64,000 bases of DNA from Negaprion brevirostris (GCA_030324005.1 JARDVH010000115.1:41696734-41760733); one strand, 5' to 3'. Shown: positions 39,488-53,808, numbered from the stretch's first letter. Notes: a model not told the origin generated them from the letters alone. Numbers and translations are program-made.

Positions 39488-40619
39488 GTAAGAGAATTAT
39501 CTTTTCTTTAAAAAAACTACTTGTCACTAGTGATTTATACAATGGAAGAACAATCATCATTATTTTGAGAGTTTGTCCTTTGCAAATGTTCCTGCCTGTA
39601 TTCTCTCCTATTAAAAGCAACAAGAGAGGAGAGTTGCAGTTTCTATTCTGTCTCTCAACCAGCTTTTGTGGTGTGCCTGAGAACAGCATTCAAGAAGTAG
39701 CTTCTGACGTGTCTTCCCCCTCACCTTGTAATGTAGTAACTCAACACTCCACTTGACGACTTTCCCTCATTCCCCTTTCTAAATGGAATGGTGAAAGTTT
39801 TCTAGGTGAGGATACTACATTAGTTATTTACATCAAGGGAAATAATGCTCCTATAATGAAAGAAGCAAGAAAAGAGTAGGTGGAGTTAGTTATACTGATA
39901 AATTGGAAATAAATAAACCTTCAAACAATGGGAATTGGAAAAAAGAGTGGTGATGGAAGAGGTAAAGTGGCTTTAGCTATTATTTGAAGAGTTGGGAAAA
40001 AGGCTGAAAAATGATCATAGTCCCTACATAACAGAATATATTATCTATTAATCACTGAACTTTACAATATCAATTTCTTTAATGGAAGAAACCACTTAAA
40101 ATCAACTAACATTCCATTTGCATTGGTAGATGTTGGTAAAGCAATCAAAAATGTCCATTTAGTGTAATGATTAGTACATTTTGAATTTCTGGGAGATGCA
40201 ATTAAATGTGGCATACTGGTCCAACAACTTTGACTTTTTATTTTGAATGTTTAATTGACCTTTTTTTTTGCTGAGATTGCTCTCTTGAAATCAAACCGAG
40301 TTATGTCATGTGTTGGCCTGAAATGAGCTAATGTTTTCCTGCATCATTTTCAATTATGTGGATCAGTTTTTTTTTAAACTGAAGCAAAATTTGAACTTTG
40401 CATGCCTGGAACAGGCTTTAAATTTTGTTTACCTTGTTTTGGAGCTTTTACAGCAAGTGTTGTATTTCCTTCTCATTGAGTGCGCATCTTGAAATGACTT
40501 GCGTGATGCGAAATGATTTTCAAAGAGGAGGATTGTTTTGCGTGTTACACCAAGTCTGTCTTCAAATTTAGGCTTGCAGTTCACCTCCAAAAAGAATTGC
40601 AAACTCAGATTGGTGCACT

Positions 40620-40827
40620 CCCTCCTCCCCTTCTTTCTACCCTCCTCCCTTCATTTTCTCTCCTTCTACCCTCTTCTCTCTCCTCTTTCTTTCTACCCTC
40701 TTCTCTCTCCTCTCATTCTTTCTACCCTTCTGTCTCTCTCTCCCTCTTTCTCTCCCCTCTCTCTCTTTCTCTCCCCTCTCTCTCTCTTTCTCTCCCCTCT
40801 CTCTCCCCTCTCTCTCTATCTCTCGCC
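40620..40827. repeat. CT-rich polypyrimidine low-complexity tract
   Basis: Directly visible; abuts a 100-N gap. Confidence 0.95.
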
Positions 40828-41889
40828 NNNNNNNNNNNNNNNNNNNNNNNNNNNNNNNNNNNNNNNNNNNNNNNNNNNNNNNNNNNNNNNNNNNNNNNNN
40901 NNNNNNNNNNNNNNNNNNNNNNNNNNNTAATTTATTCATGTCATTTGATAAGGGAAGACTTGTATCACCTTGACCTGGTCTTATTCTACTTCTAATCTGC
41001 AGCAGCACTCTGCTCCCTCATGAACAACCTTTAATGCATTTTCCCATCTCGATGCATTCTGAAGCAATATAATGTTTGGCAAACAGAAGACCCATATCCT
41101 GATATTTGTGTGTCTTTTGGAAATATATTTTATCTCTTCATATTTGTCCAAAAGCAGTCATTACATGTATCATAAATAGTACAAAGTATTATAATTGGAG
41201 ATGTGTACTGATTTGCTTTTTAACGGCTCCTCAAAGTCGAAACAGAGGACTATCAGAAAAATAATACTTTCTCTTATTGCCAGCAAAATTTCTAGTCTTG
41301 TGTTTTAAGTTTGAAATACATGAGTTGGTCAATATCTAAATGGCAAAGATACAATCTTGTTAGCTGTGTTCCTTCAACAGAGCACTGTTCTTTGAAAAAA
41401 AATCTTAAAGCACCTTGCCTATCTTCAAGGAAAATTATTTCAAGAAATAGTCTGAAATGTCAGTGTTAGAGTTTGTACAGAGTGCTCAACGTCTACATCT
41501 TGTATGCTGTTCCAGTCATTGCAAAGTGTAAAACTTTTAGTTATTGTTTGAGGTGCAATGAAAGGTAACTAAACTGATGGGACTGGACATCTGAATTATG
41601 CGGAGAGTCTTCAGAAAGTCTAAAAACATTAAACTGGAGAAGATTAGACTTGATCTGAAAAGAAGCATCGGCATGCTAAATGGTATAGTAAGGATGAATG
41701 TAAATATATTTAATGTAGCCACAGGCTCTAAAGGAAGGCATTGCCTGAAAATTTAAAAGCGAGAAAGTGATGTACTTTAGATTAAACTACTTCACATCAG
41801 AGGTAGCAAACAAATGGTTTGGCCTAACAAGGGAGGCAATGAGACTTGATTTGTATTTGTAAATTGTAGAAATAAATACCCACAGATTA

Positions 41890-43310
41890 GTTCATCTCTT
41901 GCAGGATGAGCACTTATTGTCCCTCCCTAATTTTCCCTTGAGAAGGCAGTGGTGAGTCGCTACCTTAAACCATTGTAATCCAAATAATGAAGATGCTCCC
42001 ATAATACTGACGTGGTTCCAAGTTGAACAGGTGGGAAGTTTGCAGATGATGTTGATCCCAAGTGCCTGCTGCTCTTGTGTTTCTTGGCTGTAGAGATCAC
42101 AGGTTTGGGAGGTGGTGTTAAAGCAAGAACCCATAGCAAGTTATTTAGAAAGTACACGCTTCTGCAGCCAGATATGCTGGTGGTTGCAAGAGTGAATGTT
42201 TAAATTTATAGGATCGATGCCAATCCATGGGCTGCTTTGTCCTAACAGTATAAAGCTTTGAGAGTGTTGTTGGAGCTGCACTCAGGCAAGTGGAGGGTGT
42301 TCAATCACACTCCCTACTTGTGCATTGCAGATTGTGGACAGGCTTTACTAAGACCAAGGTAAGTCATTTGCTGCAGAATACCCAGCCTCAGACTTCTCCT
42401 TGTAGCCACAATATGTATCTGGTTGGTCTAGTTAAGGTTTTTGTCAGTGGTGACCCCCAGGTTGTCAGTGGGGGACTTCAACACTAGTAAAGTTGTTGAA
42501 TGTCAAAAGGAGTTAGGTGGATTGGCATTTTGGAAATGGTTTTTGCCTGGCCCTTCAGGGGGGAGCAAATATTATTCGTGTATATCAGCCCAAGGCTAGA
42601 TGTTTGCAAGAACTTGCTGCATGTGGGCATAACCTGGTTTGTTATCTGATATGCAAACAGCAGAGAAATGCAATCATCTGAGAATATTTCCACTTCTCAC
42701 CTTGTGATGGAGAGAAAGTCATTGATGTAGAAGCTGAAAGTGTTGCATCCGGAACACTGATCAAGAAACTCCTGCAGCAATGTCATGGGGCTAAAATGAT
42801 TGGCTTCCAACAACCACAAGTACTTCCCATTGTGCAGGTTGTTGGTGAGTAAATGCACCTCAAAAGCTATGTTTACAACCCTTTCTGTAGTTTTGCTGCT
42901 GATTTTGTGTGTGTGTATAGCTAGATAGGATTGCCCTGCTTTTTGTGGACTGGACGTATCTGGACAATTTTTCACTTTGTCAAATAAATGCCAATGCTGA
43001 AACAGTTTGACACAGGAGCACATGTTTCATTACAGCCAGAGTGTTGCTGGAGTCAGTAACCATTGCTGTATACATTGTGCTCAGTCTTTCACAAAGGCTT
43101 GCTTCTGTAATGGGCCCTGTGGAAAAGATCAAAATGGCCCTTGGCATTTTGCAATATCTTTTGTTCAGCAATATCTTTTGTTCTTGGGTGCTGTGCTCAG
43201 ATGTTTTTGAGAATGGGGGTGTCCATAGAACCACTTGCCATCTTCTGTTAGCTATTGTGGTATTACTGAGACTGACCAGCTGGAGTCCAATTGTCTTTTT
43301 TGAGTCTATT
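41890..43310 (-). mobile_element. Old LINE remnant (L2/CR1 group)
   Basis: Decayed RT text (FSFYINDFLSITR); 3' tail shared with the SINEs at 48565 and 53440. Confidence 0.65.
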
Positions 43311-45136
43311 GTCCCTAAACTAATTAAATCAGCATGCCCTTAATCCAGTTACTCCTATTATGGGATCTGGGCACTAAACAGCTGGGAGAAAGAGGTGGTT
43401 TTACTATGTATATCTAGAATGCTTGACTGGTTGGGATTGTTTAGAGATGTGTGTTGTAAAAGCTTTCACTTGACAATTTAACATTGCAAATCTCACCTCG
43501 ATGCAATGTAAGGAACAGGCATTATATTGCAATCTATACAAATTACTTAATTTTTAATTTAAAAATTTCTAATTCTTCCAGAAAATTTTATTTTTTGGCT
43601 TGGAAAGGTACCAAGAAGGTTGCAAAAGTAAACAATTTAGCTTTGCAGCAGAAAAGGTGGCATGGGAATGTAAAGCATGTTCATTTAAAGAATGAAGTTC
43701 AAGCCAAAGTAAATGGAGAAAAAAATCATAGGCTATTCAATTAAGTGCTATCCTAAGGGACCATTAGAATAGGCACCAAAAAACCTGCTAGAAAATAAAT
43801 ATTATCCTTTCAGCACTCAAATCCTCTTCAGCAATTTTGCTACTGCAGAAAACTGAACTTTAGTTTTTTTCCCCTTGGAATGAAAAATCAGTTGTTTAGG
43901 ATACTTGGCTAAGTTAAGACAGCTGCTTGTTACATACCGCCTGCATGATGCTGTTAAGCTTTTTGGGGAGCTGTTTTTTGGAATTTTTATAATTTTTTTC
44001 ATTTTAATTTTCTTCACTTTACCTAATTACTCAACTCCATGTTGTCGTCATGGTTGAAAAAAATGATTCTATTGGGTCTGTTTGCTGTTGCAGTATTGCT
44101 CTAGTTAGAGATGTTTTGTCTTTCCATTGGTGAAGCTAATTGCAAATATGCTAATGACCAGACTAAAACCTAAAATGCAATTAAATTTATCAATTTGAAC
44201 TTGCTAATTTTTGTCTGTTTGCTGATTTACAATGAATGTTTTTAATGGATGAGTTGCATTTCACTCGTTGGTAGCAGATGATGGGAAACTTGTCTTTCTG
44301 GATAGTTTTCCGCTGATGAACTATGATACAGTTACTGTGGTGGGGGGGTTGCTCAACCAATGAAATTCAGGAATTCTTTATTGTTTTCATTGGTTTTAAC
44401 TATGCAAACAGAATTAGAGTTTAATAAAAATTCAGATTTAAAGATTTGATTATTCTTATCACTGCATATTTTCCCTGGAGTGTGGTGAATTGGACAATTT
44501 ATTCAAGAAATCAGAACAAGGAGCATTTAATTGAATAGCTTCCTATGATTTTGTTTTTCCCCCCTCATTTATTTTGACTTGAATTTTATTGTTTAATGAA
44601 TCTGCTCTACACTTCCATATCCACTCCTGTGGTTCAAAGCAACATTACTGACTTTTGCAACCTTCTAATAATTTTCTATAGTGTATACTATGAAAAAGTA
44701 TTTGTGTTCTCGATGGAGTATTTCCTTTACAGTAATAAAGTTAAAAGCTATTAAAATGCAAAAATATTCTTCTACTTCCAATTATGTCATGTATAACAGT
44801 GTATGATTAGGGTATTTATAATTGGAATAGAATTGTACAGACTTTCAGAATATACAATGCTACCATGCATAAAAAATGTGTTTACATGTTTCTTGAGGGG
44901 TATATTTAAAATTAAGCTGATCCGTTTGCACCAGGCAATTCCATGCTGAGATTGCAGGAGAATAATTGGTTTTGGTTATTGGGGTGTTTGTTTTAATCTG
45001 AATTGGTGCATTTTTCCCCCCTAGGGTTTGAGTAGGGTTTGATTTGGTTAATAAGAGCCAGAGTTGTGTGACAGGGAGAAGCTAAGTTTACAGCGAATAA
45101 CAGTTAGATTTTTGCTTGGCTCTGAAAAGAGCAAGA

Positions 45137-45171
45137 TCTCTCTCTCTCTCTCTTTCTCTCTTTCTTTTCTT

Positions 45172-45207
<36 letters not shown>
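45137..45207. repeat. (CT)n/(CTAT)n microsatellite
   Basis: Directly visible. Confidence 0.95.
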
Positions 45208-45208
<1 letters not shown>

Positions 45209-45789
45209 TAGTGTGAGGGTAAGGTATTTCACTCCAGGTGTGATTCTGTTAACGCACTAGGAAGCTTTTATCAAAAACTTAATTGTTAACCTATCTCCAT
45301 TAGTTCCAATGTGAGCAATATTCCTCTTAAACTTTTGAAAATCGGTGAGTAACACACCGGCCTATGCTGGTACTTGAGTCGCCTGTCCTTGAGTCTCTGG
45401 AGGGAGAGAGAGAAAGGGACCTATTCCCCCAGAAGGTTCCGAAGTGCAGCTTTCAGAAAGGGAGACATCTCTTGCTTCTGTCAGAATCTAGTGGTAAATA
45501 CCTGCTTTTCCCTATCATTTTTAGCTTCTCCTCTTAACCACATGACTGCCTCTATCTATCAACCTAATCTAAACCCTACTGGGAAAACCAAGTAAAATAC
45601 GTTAACTCATATTAAAGCAAACACATCCCTAGCTTAAAAATCAAGCCTGCGTTCTCTGCATGTGAGCTGCCTGCTTTGCTGATACATCGGCACCATGTAA
45701 AACAGAACTGAATTTTAAACATACATCTCACAAGAAACATGACACAAATAAACTTCTTAAAAGCATGGTATCATTACAGTAGAATCACA

Positions 45790-46572
45790 CAATTTTGTCT
45801 CATCTCAGCACATCTGCTTCTGAAACTCTTATTTATGCTTTGTTACCTCTAGACTGGACTTCCCTAAAACAAACTCTGGAGAAAGAATAGAGCCAAGGTT
45901 TCAAGTTGTGCCATCTTGACTCAATGTTGGCTCTATTCTCTCCACAGATGCTGTCAAACCTGCTGAGATTTTTCAGCATTCTCTGTTTTTGTTTTAGACT
46001 CCACCATCTGCAGTATTTTAATTTCCTCTAACGCAAACCTGGCTGCCCTCCCACATTCAGTCCTCTGTAAACTTGATGCTATCCAAAATTCTGCCAGGAC
46101 AGTTACTTGCATCAAGCCCCTTTCACCCATTTCCCTTGAGTTTACTGTCCTATGTTGGCTCGTGGGCATGCAATGCCATAATTTTTTTGAATTCTTAATC
46201 TTATATTCAATTTCTTCATCACCTTTCTCTCACCTTTCCCTATCTTTATAATCTCTTTCAGTTCCACAATGCTGAGATGTGTGTTCATCTAAGCTCTTTG
46301 ATTTTAATTTTAATTGTCTCACCTTTGTCAGTTGTCTTCAGCTTCTAGATGCTAAGGTCTGGAATGACCTTCCTGAACTCTTCTGCCTCTACCTTCCTTT
46401 CTCCTCCTCTTAAGGCACTCCATAATACCTACCTTTTGACCAAGCTTTTAGCCAACTGCCCCAATACTGTTTATATGGCTTGGTGTCTATTTATACTGCT
46501 TATTGTTCCTCTGAAGTGCCTTGGAATATTTCCTTTCATTAAGGACACTATATAAATACATGCTATTATTGA
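45790..46572 (+). mobile_element. L2-like LINE 3' end containing a small hairpin (PLE-like) insert at ~45870-46020
   Basis: ETLIY..VTSRLD, IQNSA motifs; L2 tail ctatataaatacatgctattatt; insert ends cagcattctctgtttttgttttagactccaccatctgcagt. Confidence 0.7.
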
Positions 46573-47269
46573 ATTTCTGTAAATTAAGTTTGGTTTGCAA
46601 ATTATAAACTCTTTATGAACATAAAAATTAATTACAAGTTGGAAGCAAAAGAAAATATCAACATTATGATTTAAATTTGTGTGTTACTGGACATGGTCAG
46701 TATGGATAGATATTATATCCATCTTTCAGTTCTTAACTATAGCACTCAAACCTGTGATACAACTTTTGCTTTTCTTCCAAATGTCAAGTAAAATTTTATT
46801 TCTAAGTTAGTTTGTATTTTGCCATTCTACTATTTTAACATATGGACCCATTTGCTATTGGTTACNNNNNNNNNNNNNNNNNNNNNNNNNNNNNNNNNNN
46901 NNNAACTATGAATATTCAAGAGTATTATTCAGCGTAATCTGGCAAACATATCATAGTCAATAAACTGCTTGGATTGTTGCCATTCTAATAGAAGTTCCCT
47001 TGAGAGGCCACATGTTGGTTGCGGTTCATTTAAGCATTACAACAATTGCAGTTAGTGTTGGTAAGATGTGAAGATTAGCCAAAGGAGTAAAAGTAAGTGT
47101 TGTGAAGGGAGTAAAATGTATATTCCATTACTTTTTTCACAAAACTAACTTTTACCAAAGTATTGATTTCAGTGGGCTTCACAAAAATTAATCTGTTAAA
47201 AATCATCCAGCCTATAAAGTAAGTATTTTAATTACATTTGGGTTACTTCCATGTTTTTGTTTTCCTGAT

Positions 47270-47678
47270 AGGAACTTGTGTTTGTGCAGAAAAATCGATG
47301 GATCCCCCAGGGTTCTGCCTCCTTGGCACTGCCCCATGCCTGATGGGGAGTGCCAAGGTGTCCTCTGGCAAATTGACAGGATTTCCCCTTCCCATTGTGC
47401 CGCTCAAGCAGTGCAACAGGCTGAGATACGGTAGCGCGTGCTTTTGTGATGTTTGCACTGACAGATCGGTGCATATGCAGTGGCCCGCTCAGTACTCTGC
47501 TGCCAGCCTCAAGTGGGAGTAGGCTCCCTGCTTTCCAGAAGGAGTCACACTGAGTTACTCTGCATTACACAGTGCGTCAGAGATTCATTCTGGTAAATAC
47601 ACCCAAAAAAACGAGTGGTAAATACTCCTGTTTTCCCACCCGTTCAGCACTTAGTTTTGTTTTGGGAGAATCTTGGCC
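47270..47678. mobile_element. Non-autonomous DNA transposon fragment
   Basis: GC-rich island ending tgggagaatc, like the 32190 MITE TIR. Confidence 0.5.
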
Positions 47679-48564
47679 ACTATGTTCATCAGCTGAATTC
47701 CAATGACATTGCATGTTTTTAGTTGAAAACTGTAATTGTCATTGTGTTGCTATTTCCTACGTTCTTCCATATCTCTTTCTTCTGCTTTATTTTAATTTCC
47801 TTTGGGTGCCTTTTCTGCTATCAAAAACCTTGGCCGTAACCATCTATCACCTTCGACCTTCATCTTTTGAAGGGTGGGTGGCATGAAAGGCCTCTTCACC
47901 CTTAACCATTTTCTTCCAATAGTGCTTTCCTAACCCTCTTCTCATAGGCTCATTTTCTTTCCAATTCCCACTCATTGGTATGAAACTGTAGAAATAATGC
48001 TTCAGTCAGTCAACAAATATGGAAAATAAACAATCTGATCACAGATGGGCAGAAATCTGATGATTCTGTAGAGTATCTGGAGTCCTTGGTTTGAAATTGT
48101 ATAAGCTGTGATGATTTTTGTCTTGATGCCTCTCATCAGGAATACCACACACAAGTGATTTGATTAGTGTTGGGATGATTTATATAAGTGGAGTGGTAAC
48201 TTTAAAATATTGAGTTTTGACAGAACTTTTGTCATAGAGGTTGTTCTCCTGTAAGTTTGCATTAGCAGAATACTTTGCCTAAAGTCTTGTTTTCTAGGTT
48301 TCCACTTAAGATAGACTTTCACTCCTAATCAGCACAGACGTTGTACCATAGCCTAGAAAATCCTTCTAGGCATTTAATGTGATGAGAACTGATGTGCCTC
48401 CAATTACTTTCAAAAATGTCTCTACGTTGCATGTGAACACTTAGCACATCAATTTGTTTCTAAGCCCAGTCTTCTGTCAATGCATTTATTGTTACCATTT
48501 TATAGAAGCAGTATTACTAAGCACAAATACCATCAACTCTGAATTTGGGAATTATAGTTTTTTT

Positions 48565-49100
48565 TGAATTTGCTCATGGGTTGAAGGCGTTGCTAGTATG
48601 ACCAGCAATTATTGTCTATCTCTAATCACAATTAACTGAGCAGCTTGCTAGGCCACTTCAGAGGTCATTTGCGAATCAACCACAGTGCTGGAAAGTCACA
48701 CTTGTAAGAAGTCTCACAACTCCACTCAGTCCAGACGAACTCCCACCCACCTGTCGAAGTTCCGAAAGCTAGTGGCGTTTGCTACAAATAAACCTGTTTG
48801 AACTTTAACCTGATGTTGTGAGACTTCTTACTGTGCTTACCCCAGTTCAAAGCCAGCATCTCCACATCGAATCACACTTGGCCAGACCTGGAAAGGATGG
48901 CAGATTTCCTTTACCGAAATGTTGTAACCTGGGTTTTTTTATGACAACCTGGTAGTTTATACACACTCTTGGTACTCCTAGCTTTTTATTCAAAATATGC
49001 TCAATGACATTAAAATTCCCAGCTCCCATGCTGGGATTTAAATTCATTCCTCTGAATCGAGGCTGCTGGATTACCAGTACTGTAACATAACCACTCTACT
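48565..49100 (-). mobile_element. tRNA-derived SINE with nested Penelope-like insert (48705-48868)
   Basis: Reverse complement resembles 53440-53810; insert flanked by tcacacttg direct repeat. Confidence 0.7.
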
Positions 49101-50552
49101 AGTTTTGGGATTTTGACTCCATGCTAAGCTCAAGAAAATTCTTGTCAGTTATTGGCAAAAAGAAGTTTCTAACTTAGAATGTAAACTCACAAGGTTTAGT
49201 GGACAACAAAGATTAATACATAACTTTCTACTTGTTGATTCATAGCCTGAGACGCACTTTCCCTTGGATCCCAGGACTTCTGGGGTCTTTGCCACTTGGT
49301 TCCTTGAACTTGGTCTTTTGTGACATTTGTTGAAGTTGTAACTTTGCCAACTTATCATGCAAATTCTCTTACAGTTGTAAGACTTCAACTTTTAATTTCC
49401 CAGTTTACCTTATTTGCTGTAGCCGTTAACATGTTTCATAACTGTGTTGATTGCATTCTCTCGTGTTCACAAACCAAAAACAGCTTCCAATTACGTGACT
49501 CTGGTTTCTAATTCTGATCTAGATTTCGTACAGAAAACCCTAACCTCAGGGGTATTTCTGGATTCTTACAGCAATCCTCAACCTATGACAGTCACCTGAC
49601 AACTGGCAACGTCCTCCACAAATGCTAACTTCCTAGCAGGTGTCCTACTATTAACTTCTAACTTTATCACATGGCACGAGCCCCCTTAGCAATTGTCCAG
49701 AGGCAAAGGCTGTCTCCTGTTAAGTATCCAATTTTTACATGTTTTGCAACATTCTAGGTTGTGCATCTGTGTCAACACCACTAATAACATCTAATTAAAT
49801 ATTTGCAATTCTTCAACGAAGAATGCTTCAGGGCCCCCTATAACGTGCTATCCTTAGCTTGCACTCTTTAATGTGCATTCTTTTTCCCCTGGAGTTTCAG
49901 AGTAGGGTTTGATTTGGTTAATTGATAAGAGCCAGAGTTATGTGACAGGGAGAAGCTAAGTTTACAGAGAAAAACAGTTAGAGAGAGAGAGAAAAAGAAA
50001 GCGATCTCTTGCTCTTTTCAAAGCTAAGCAAAAATCTAAGGTAGTTTAATGAGGGTTTAATTCCAGCCCTCTGTCTGTTCTTCTAACCAATCAGCATCCC
50101 AATCTTGGCTTCTGTTTACTGCTAATGCTAAATTCATTGGAACTCAAATGTGCAAATGTCTTCCAACTATAGTTCTCCGATAGGTAGTAGCTATTTTCCT
50201 TGGTAGTTTGTGCAATGTATTGGCTAGCTATTCACTGAAATGGTTATTAGACCTGAGCTTGATTCTGTTCCCATTGTAGTTTAATTGCACAAGATAGTAC
50301 TTGGGAACAACAACCCTGGTAGAGTTTTTAATTGTAGTCCAGAACTATGCTGCAATTTTAACTTTGCCAGCTGAGATTGGTTAGCTTCGCATAGACCAGA
50401 GATCAATCCTGGAATTTGCATACTTGGTGACATTTACCCAATGTATTATTGGGAAAAGTTCAATCTTTTCATAATGAATCCTTCCATTCCTCCCCTTCCA
50501 AAATATAGTTTGTATGAATGTGATGGTAATTTGTGAAATCTCTTTTGTTTAG

Positions 50553-50624
50553 GAACAGGAAGAAAATAAAGGAGCCACAAGCTGGCCTGAGTTTTACATC
50601 GATCAGTTGAACTCTATGGCAGTT
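50553..50624 (+). CDS. DAAM1: DAAM1 coding exon 3 (EQEENKGATSWPEFYIDQLNSMAV)
   Basis: tttag acceptor, gtgagt donor, 72 nt, in phase. Confidence 0.96.
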
Positions 50625-52429
50625 GTGAGTACCTGTTTAATGTTTCTCTATGTTTATAAACTAATTTATTCATTGAGTGGACACACTCCGTTAATACTTT
50701 TCTGCAATGCATTTTGCTATACAAAGAAGCTGTTCAAAAAGTCCTTGAATGAATTGGGCTGGGAAACAACTATTCAACTGCAACTCAATTTTTAAAATGT
50801 TAAGTTTCTCTCACTATTAACTTTTTTCAAATTCCTAGAGCACTTTTGCACCTTCAACTTTAAGCTATAAGAGCTTTGACCTCCCAAAGATAACCCTAAT
50901 CTTGCTTCATATTCCTGGTTTTAAATGTATTCACTAGGGTCAAAAGATCAAGATATTTAAGCACTGGGGCTGAAAACCACTTGGGCTGAAAACCACTTGG
51001 TTAACACAATCTTCCTCTTGAAGGGTAGATTTTGCACACTTGGCTATGTGAACAGCAGATATTTGCCACCATTGCTCAAGTATGCTTTCCTTGAATTAAC
51101 CACTACATTTTTTTCTAAACAATTTTCTCCTTTCCTGAAAATATTGAGGGTCGAATTCCTTGGATACCAATATACGTCTGGTGCCTCATCCAAAATATGT
51201 TGAGAAATATGTTAACCTTGCCCAAGAGTATCAATAAGTGATTTAATCATAATGGAGAAACCAAGCTTAATGTGACCTTGTGCAATATTGGCACATGCAT
51301 CTCTGGAAAGGCCAATGGATATCAAACAAAGTAGAAATTTGGACTTGTCCTTTCAGACCAGGGGTGCAAAATCAATTATAATATCCCTACCAGCTGAAAT
51401 CAGAAAAAATCTGTATAGATCATGGTTTGAACCCGAGTCCTTCCTGATCTGTACAGTCCAGCTTCCCACTAGATAGCTGTTTGAACCACTGCAGGTTCCC
51501 AGTGTAATGCTTTTTGTTATGGTTTTCAGATTGGGTTGTTACCAAGTTGTATCTGGCCTGTATCAAAGTGCATAGTACACCAACTAGAATCGATGAGATT
51601 TGCACTGGAAATGTTTATCATGATGGATTATTTTTGACGTCACTTGGTACAACTTTAACATTATTTTGATATGCCTTGGGTTTGCTTCCATTTATGCTGC
51701 AGTGTAGTGGCACTTGGTTTTGCTGCTGATCTTGAATTTAAGGTTGGGTTTGAAGGAGAAAGGAATCACAAAGTCAGCTTTTAAATTTCAAAGGGGTGAG
51801 GAATGATTTGAACACAGCAAACTGNNNNNNNNNNAACCACAGACAAATAAGAAATATTCAAAGTATTTGGTACATTACAAAATCAGCACTCGTCTCCAAC
51901 AAATATAGGCTCTATTTGTGTAGTTACACAATCACAGTCAACAGCAAAGCTGTCAAGCTATAAGAGATAAGCTATTAGTGCTCTCAAATGCACAGAAAAC
52001 TGGAAATTCAGCAGACTAGATGAGGTTTAAAAAGAAATATGAAAAGATTTTGGAGCAAATATCAAAATTCTTATAATAAATGAGAAAATAGTGGTAAAGG
52101 TGCATTAAAGATACAGGTGAGACTATAATTGACATGAAACAACATACTAGTTAAATGAATATTGTAGGAAAAGGACAAACCAGCAATTGTAATCGCCACA
52201 TCATTGGCAGCCATGGCTATGGCTGTCCTGGCTCTACACTCTGGAAATTCCTCCCTAAACCCCTCTGCCTCTACCTCCTTCCATTTAAGACTGCCCTTAA
52301 AACTCCTCCTATGGCCCGCTTGCCTTTGCATCTCCTAATGTGGCAGTGTTAAACCTGTTAATTGCCTTAAAACGCTTGTTAGTACAAAATAACTGAGAAA
52401 TAAGTCAAGGAGAGACATTTAGTGGATTA

Positions 52430-53420
52430 ATACAAATTTTGGGTAAAAGAATAATGATGAAAATAATGGAACTTAAGATGGACAACCCTCTGGGACATGT
52501 TGGTTTTCACTTCACAATATTAAAAGAAATAGATGAGCAAATTGTAAATCCATATGTAATGTTCTCCAATGACCTGTTTTTTTTACCCAGCTTTATTGAA
52601 AACATGGCTGAGGTAACAATGGGGAGTTCTATATCCCAGTTTGGGATGATACTAAGGAGGCACTGAGTTGTCTAGATTAGGGCACAAAATAGTAAAGAAA
52701 TGTAGACAGAGCAAATGAGAGTACGAGGCTGTAGAAAGTGGGAGTTTAGTGTGAGGTCATCCCAAATAGTTTCTTAATTGAAGCTGTGCTGGCGCAAAGA
52801 TTTGTTACACAGGTGATTGGCTTCAGAAAATTATTAAAAAGGTTATGAAATGCTGGTCTTTAGCAGAAGGATTGAAATACAAAACTGAGTATGTAATTCT
52901 TATGTTGTACAAGGCCACATTTGAGTACTGTATTCATTTCTGGGCACCAAACCTCAGGAAGGATGTATTGGTATTGGAAGCGGTAAAGTGCGGGTTCACT
53001 CGCATTATGCCTGGGTGCAAAACATGGGAGCAGATTGCATAAACTTGGTTTGCATTCCATTCCAGTTGGAAGTTCGGGTCTGATCTAATTGAGGTGTTTA
53101 AAATGATAAAGGCATTTGTTGGTTGGATACAGTGAAACTGTTTTGCAGGTGGAGGAATCCAGAACAATGGGCCATATTCTTAAAATTTTAACCAGGCTAG
53201 ACTGGAATCAGGAATGTTTTCAGAAAAAAGTCAGTTGAAATCTGGAACTGTTCCTGGAAAAGAAACAGTTAATTGAAATCTTCAAGTGAGATTAATTTTT
53301 CTATTAGTTGATGTGGGATATGGAGCAAAAGTGGGTAAATGTAGTGGTTAGAAATTAGCTATGATCAAATTGAATAGTGAAATGAACTTGAGGGCTGAAT
53401 GGCCGGTTCCTGTACCAGTC
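52430..53420 (+). mobile_element. Degraded CR1 LINE
   Basis: LMLYKATFEYCIHFWAPNLRKDVLVLEAV. Confidence 0.8.
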
Positions 53421-53439
53421 TTCATAGAAACAAATGCAT

Positions 53440-53808
53440 TTGGGGTGACTGTAGTGTAGTAGTGATGTCACTGAGCTAGTAATTCAGAGTCCCAGGCTAA
53501 AGCCCTTGGATGTGGGTCCAAATTCCACTATGGCAACTGGTTGAATGCAAATTCAATTAATAAATCCAGAATTGAAACTTAGCCTCTGTAATGGTGAACG
53601 TAAAATGGTCATTGTTGTCAAACCCCATCAGGTTCACTAGATTTTCTTCCCTAAAGTTCATTAAAGTCCTTAACTGGTCTGGGCCTATGTGTGTCTCCAG
53701 ACCCATATCAATGTGACTCCTGAAAGCCAGAGCTATTCGAGAGCAGTTAGGAATAGACAATAAGTGCTGGCCTTGTCAGTAATGCCCACACCCCATGATT
53801 TTTTTTAT
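53440..53808 (+). mobile_element. tRNA-derived SINE with LINE-type tail
   Basis: Decayed A box (tagtgtagtagt) and B box (gggtccaaattcc); tail aataagtgctggccttgtcagtaatgcccacaccccatga. Confidence 0.7.

Noticed and set aside
48055-48140. Two TGATGA motifs suggesting a C/D snoRNA
   Set aside because: No correctly placed CTGA D box or terminal stem
50967-50998. 16-bp tandem duplication gggctgaaaaccactt x2
   Set aside because: Only two units and no spacers; ordinary slippage, not CRISPR-like
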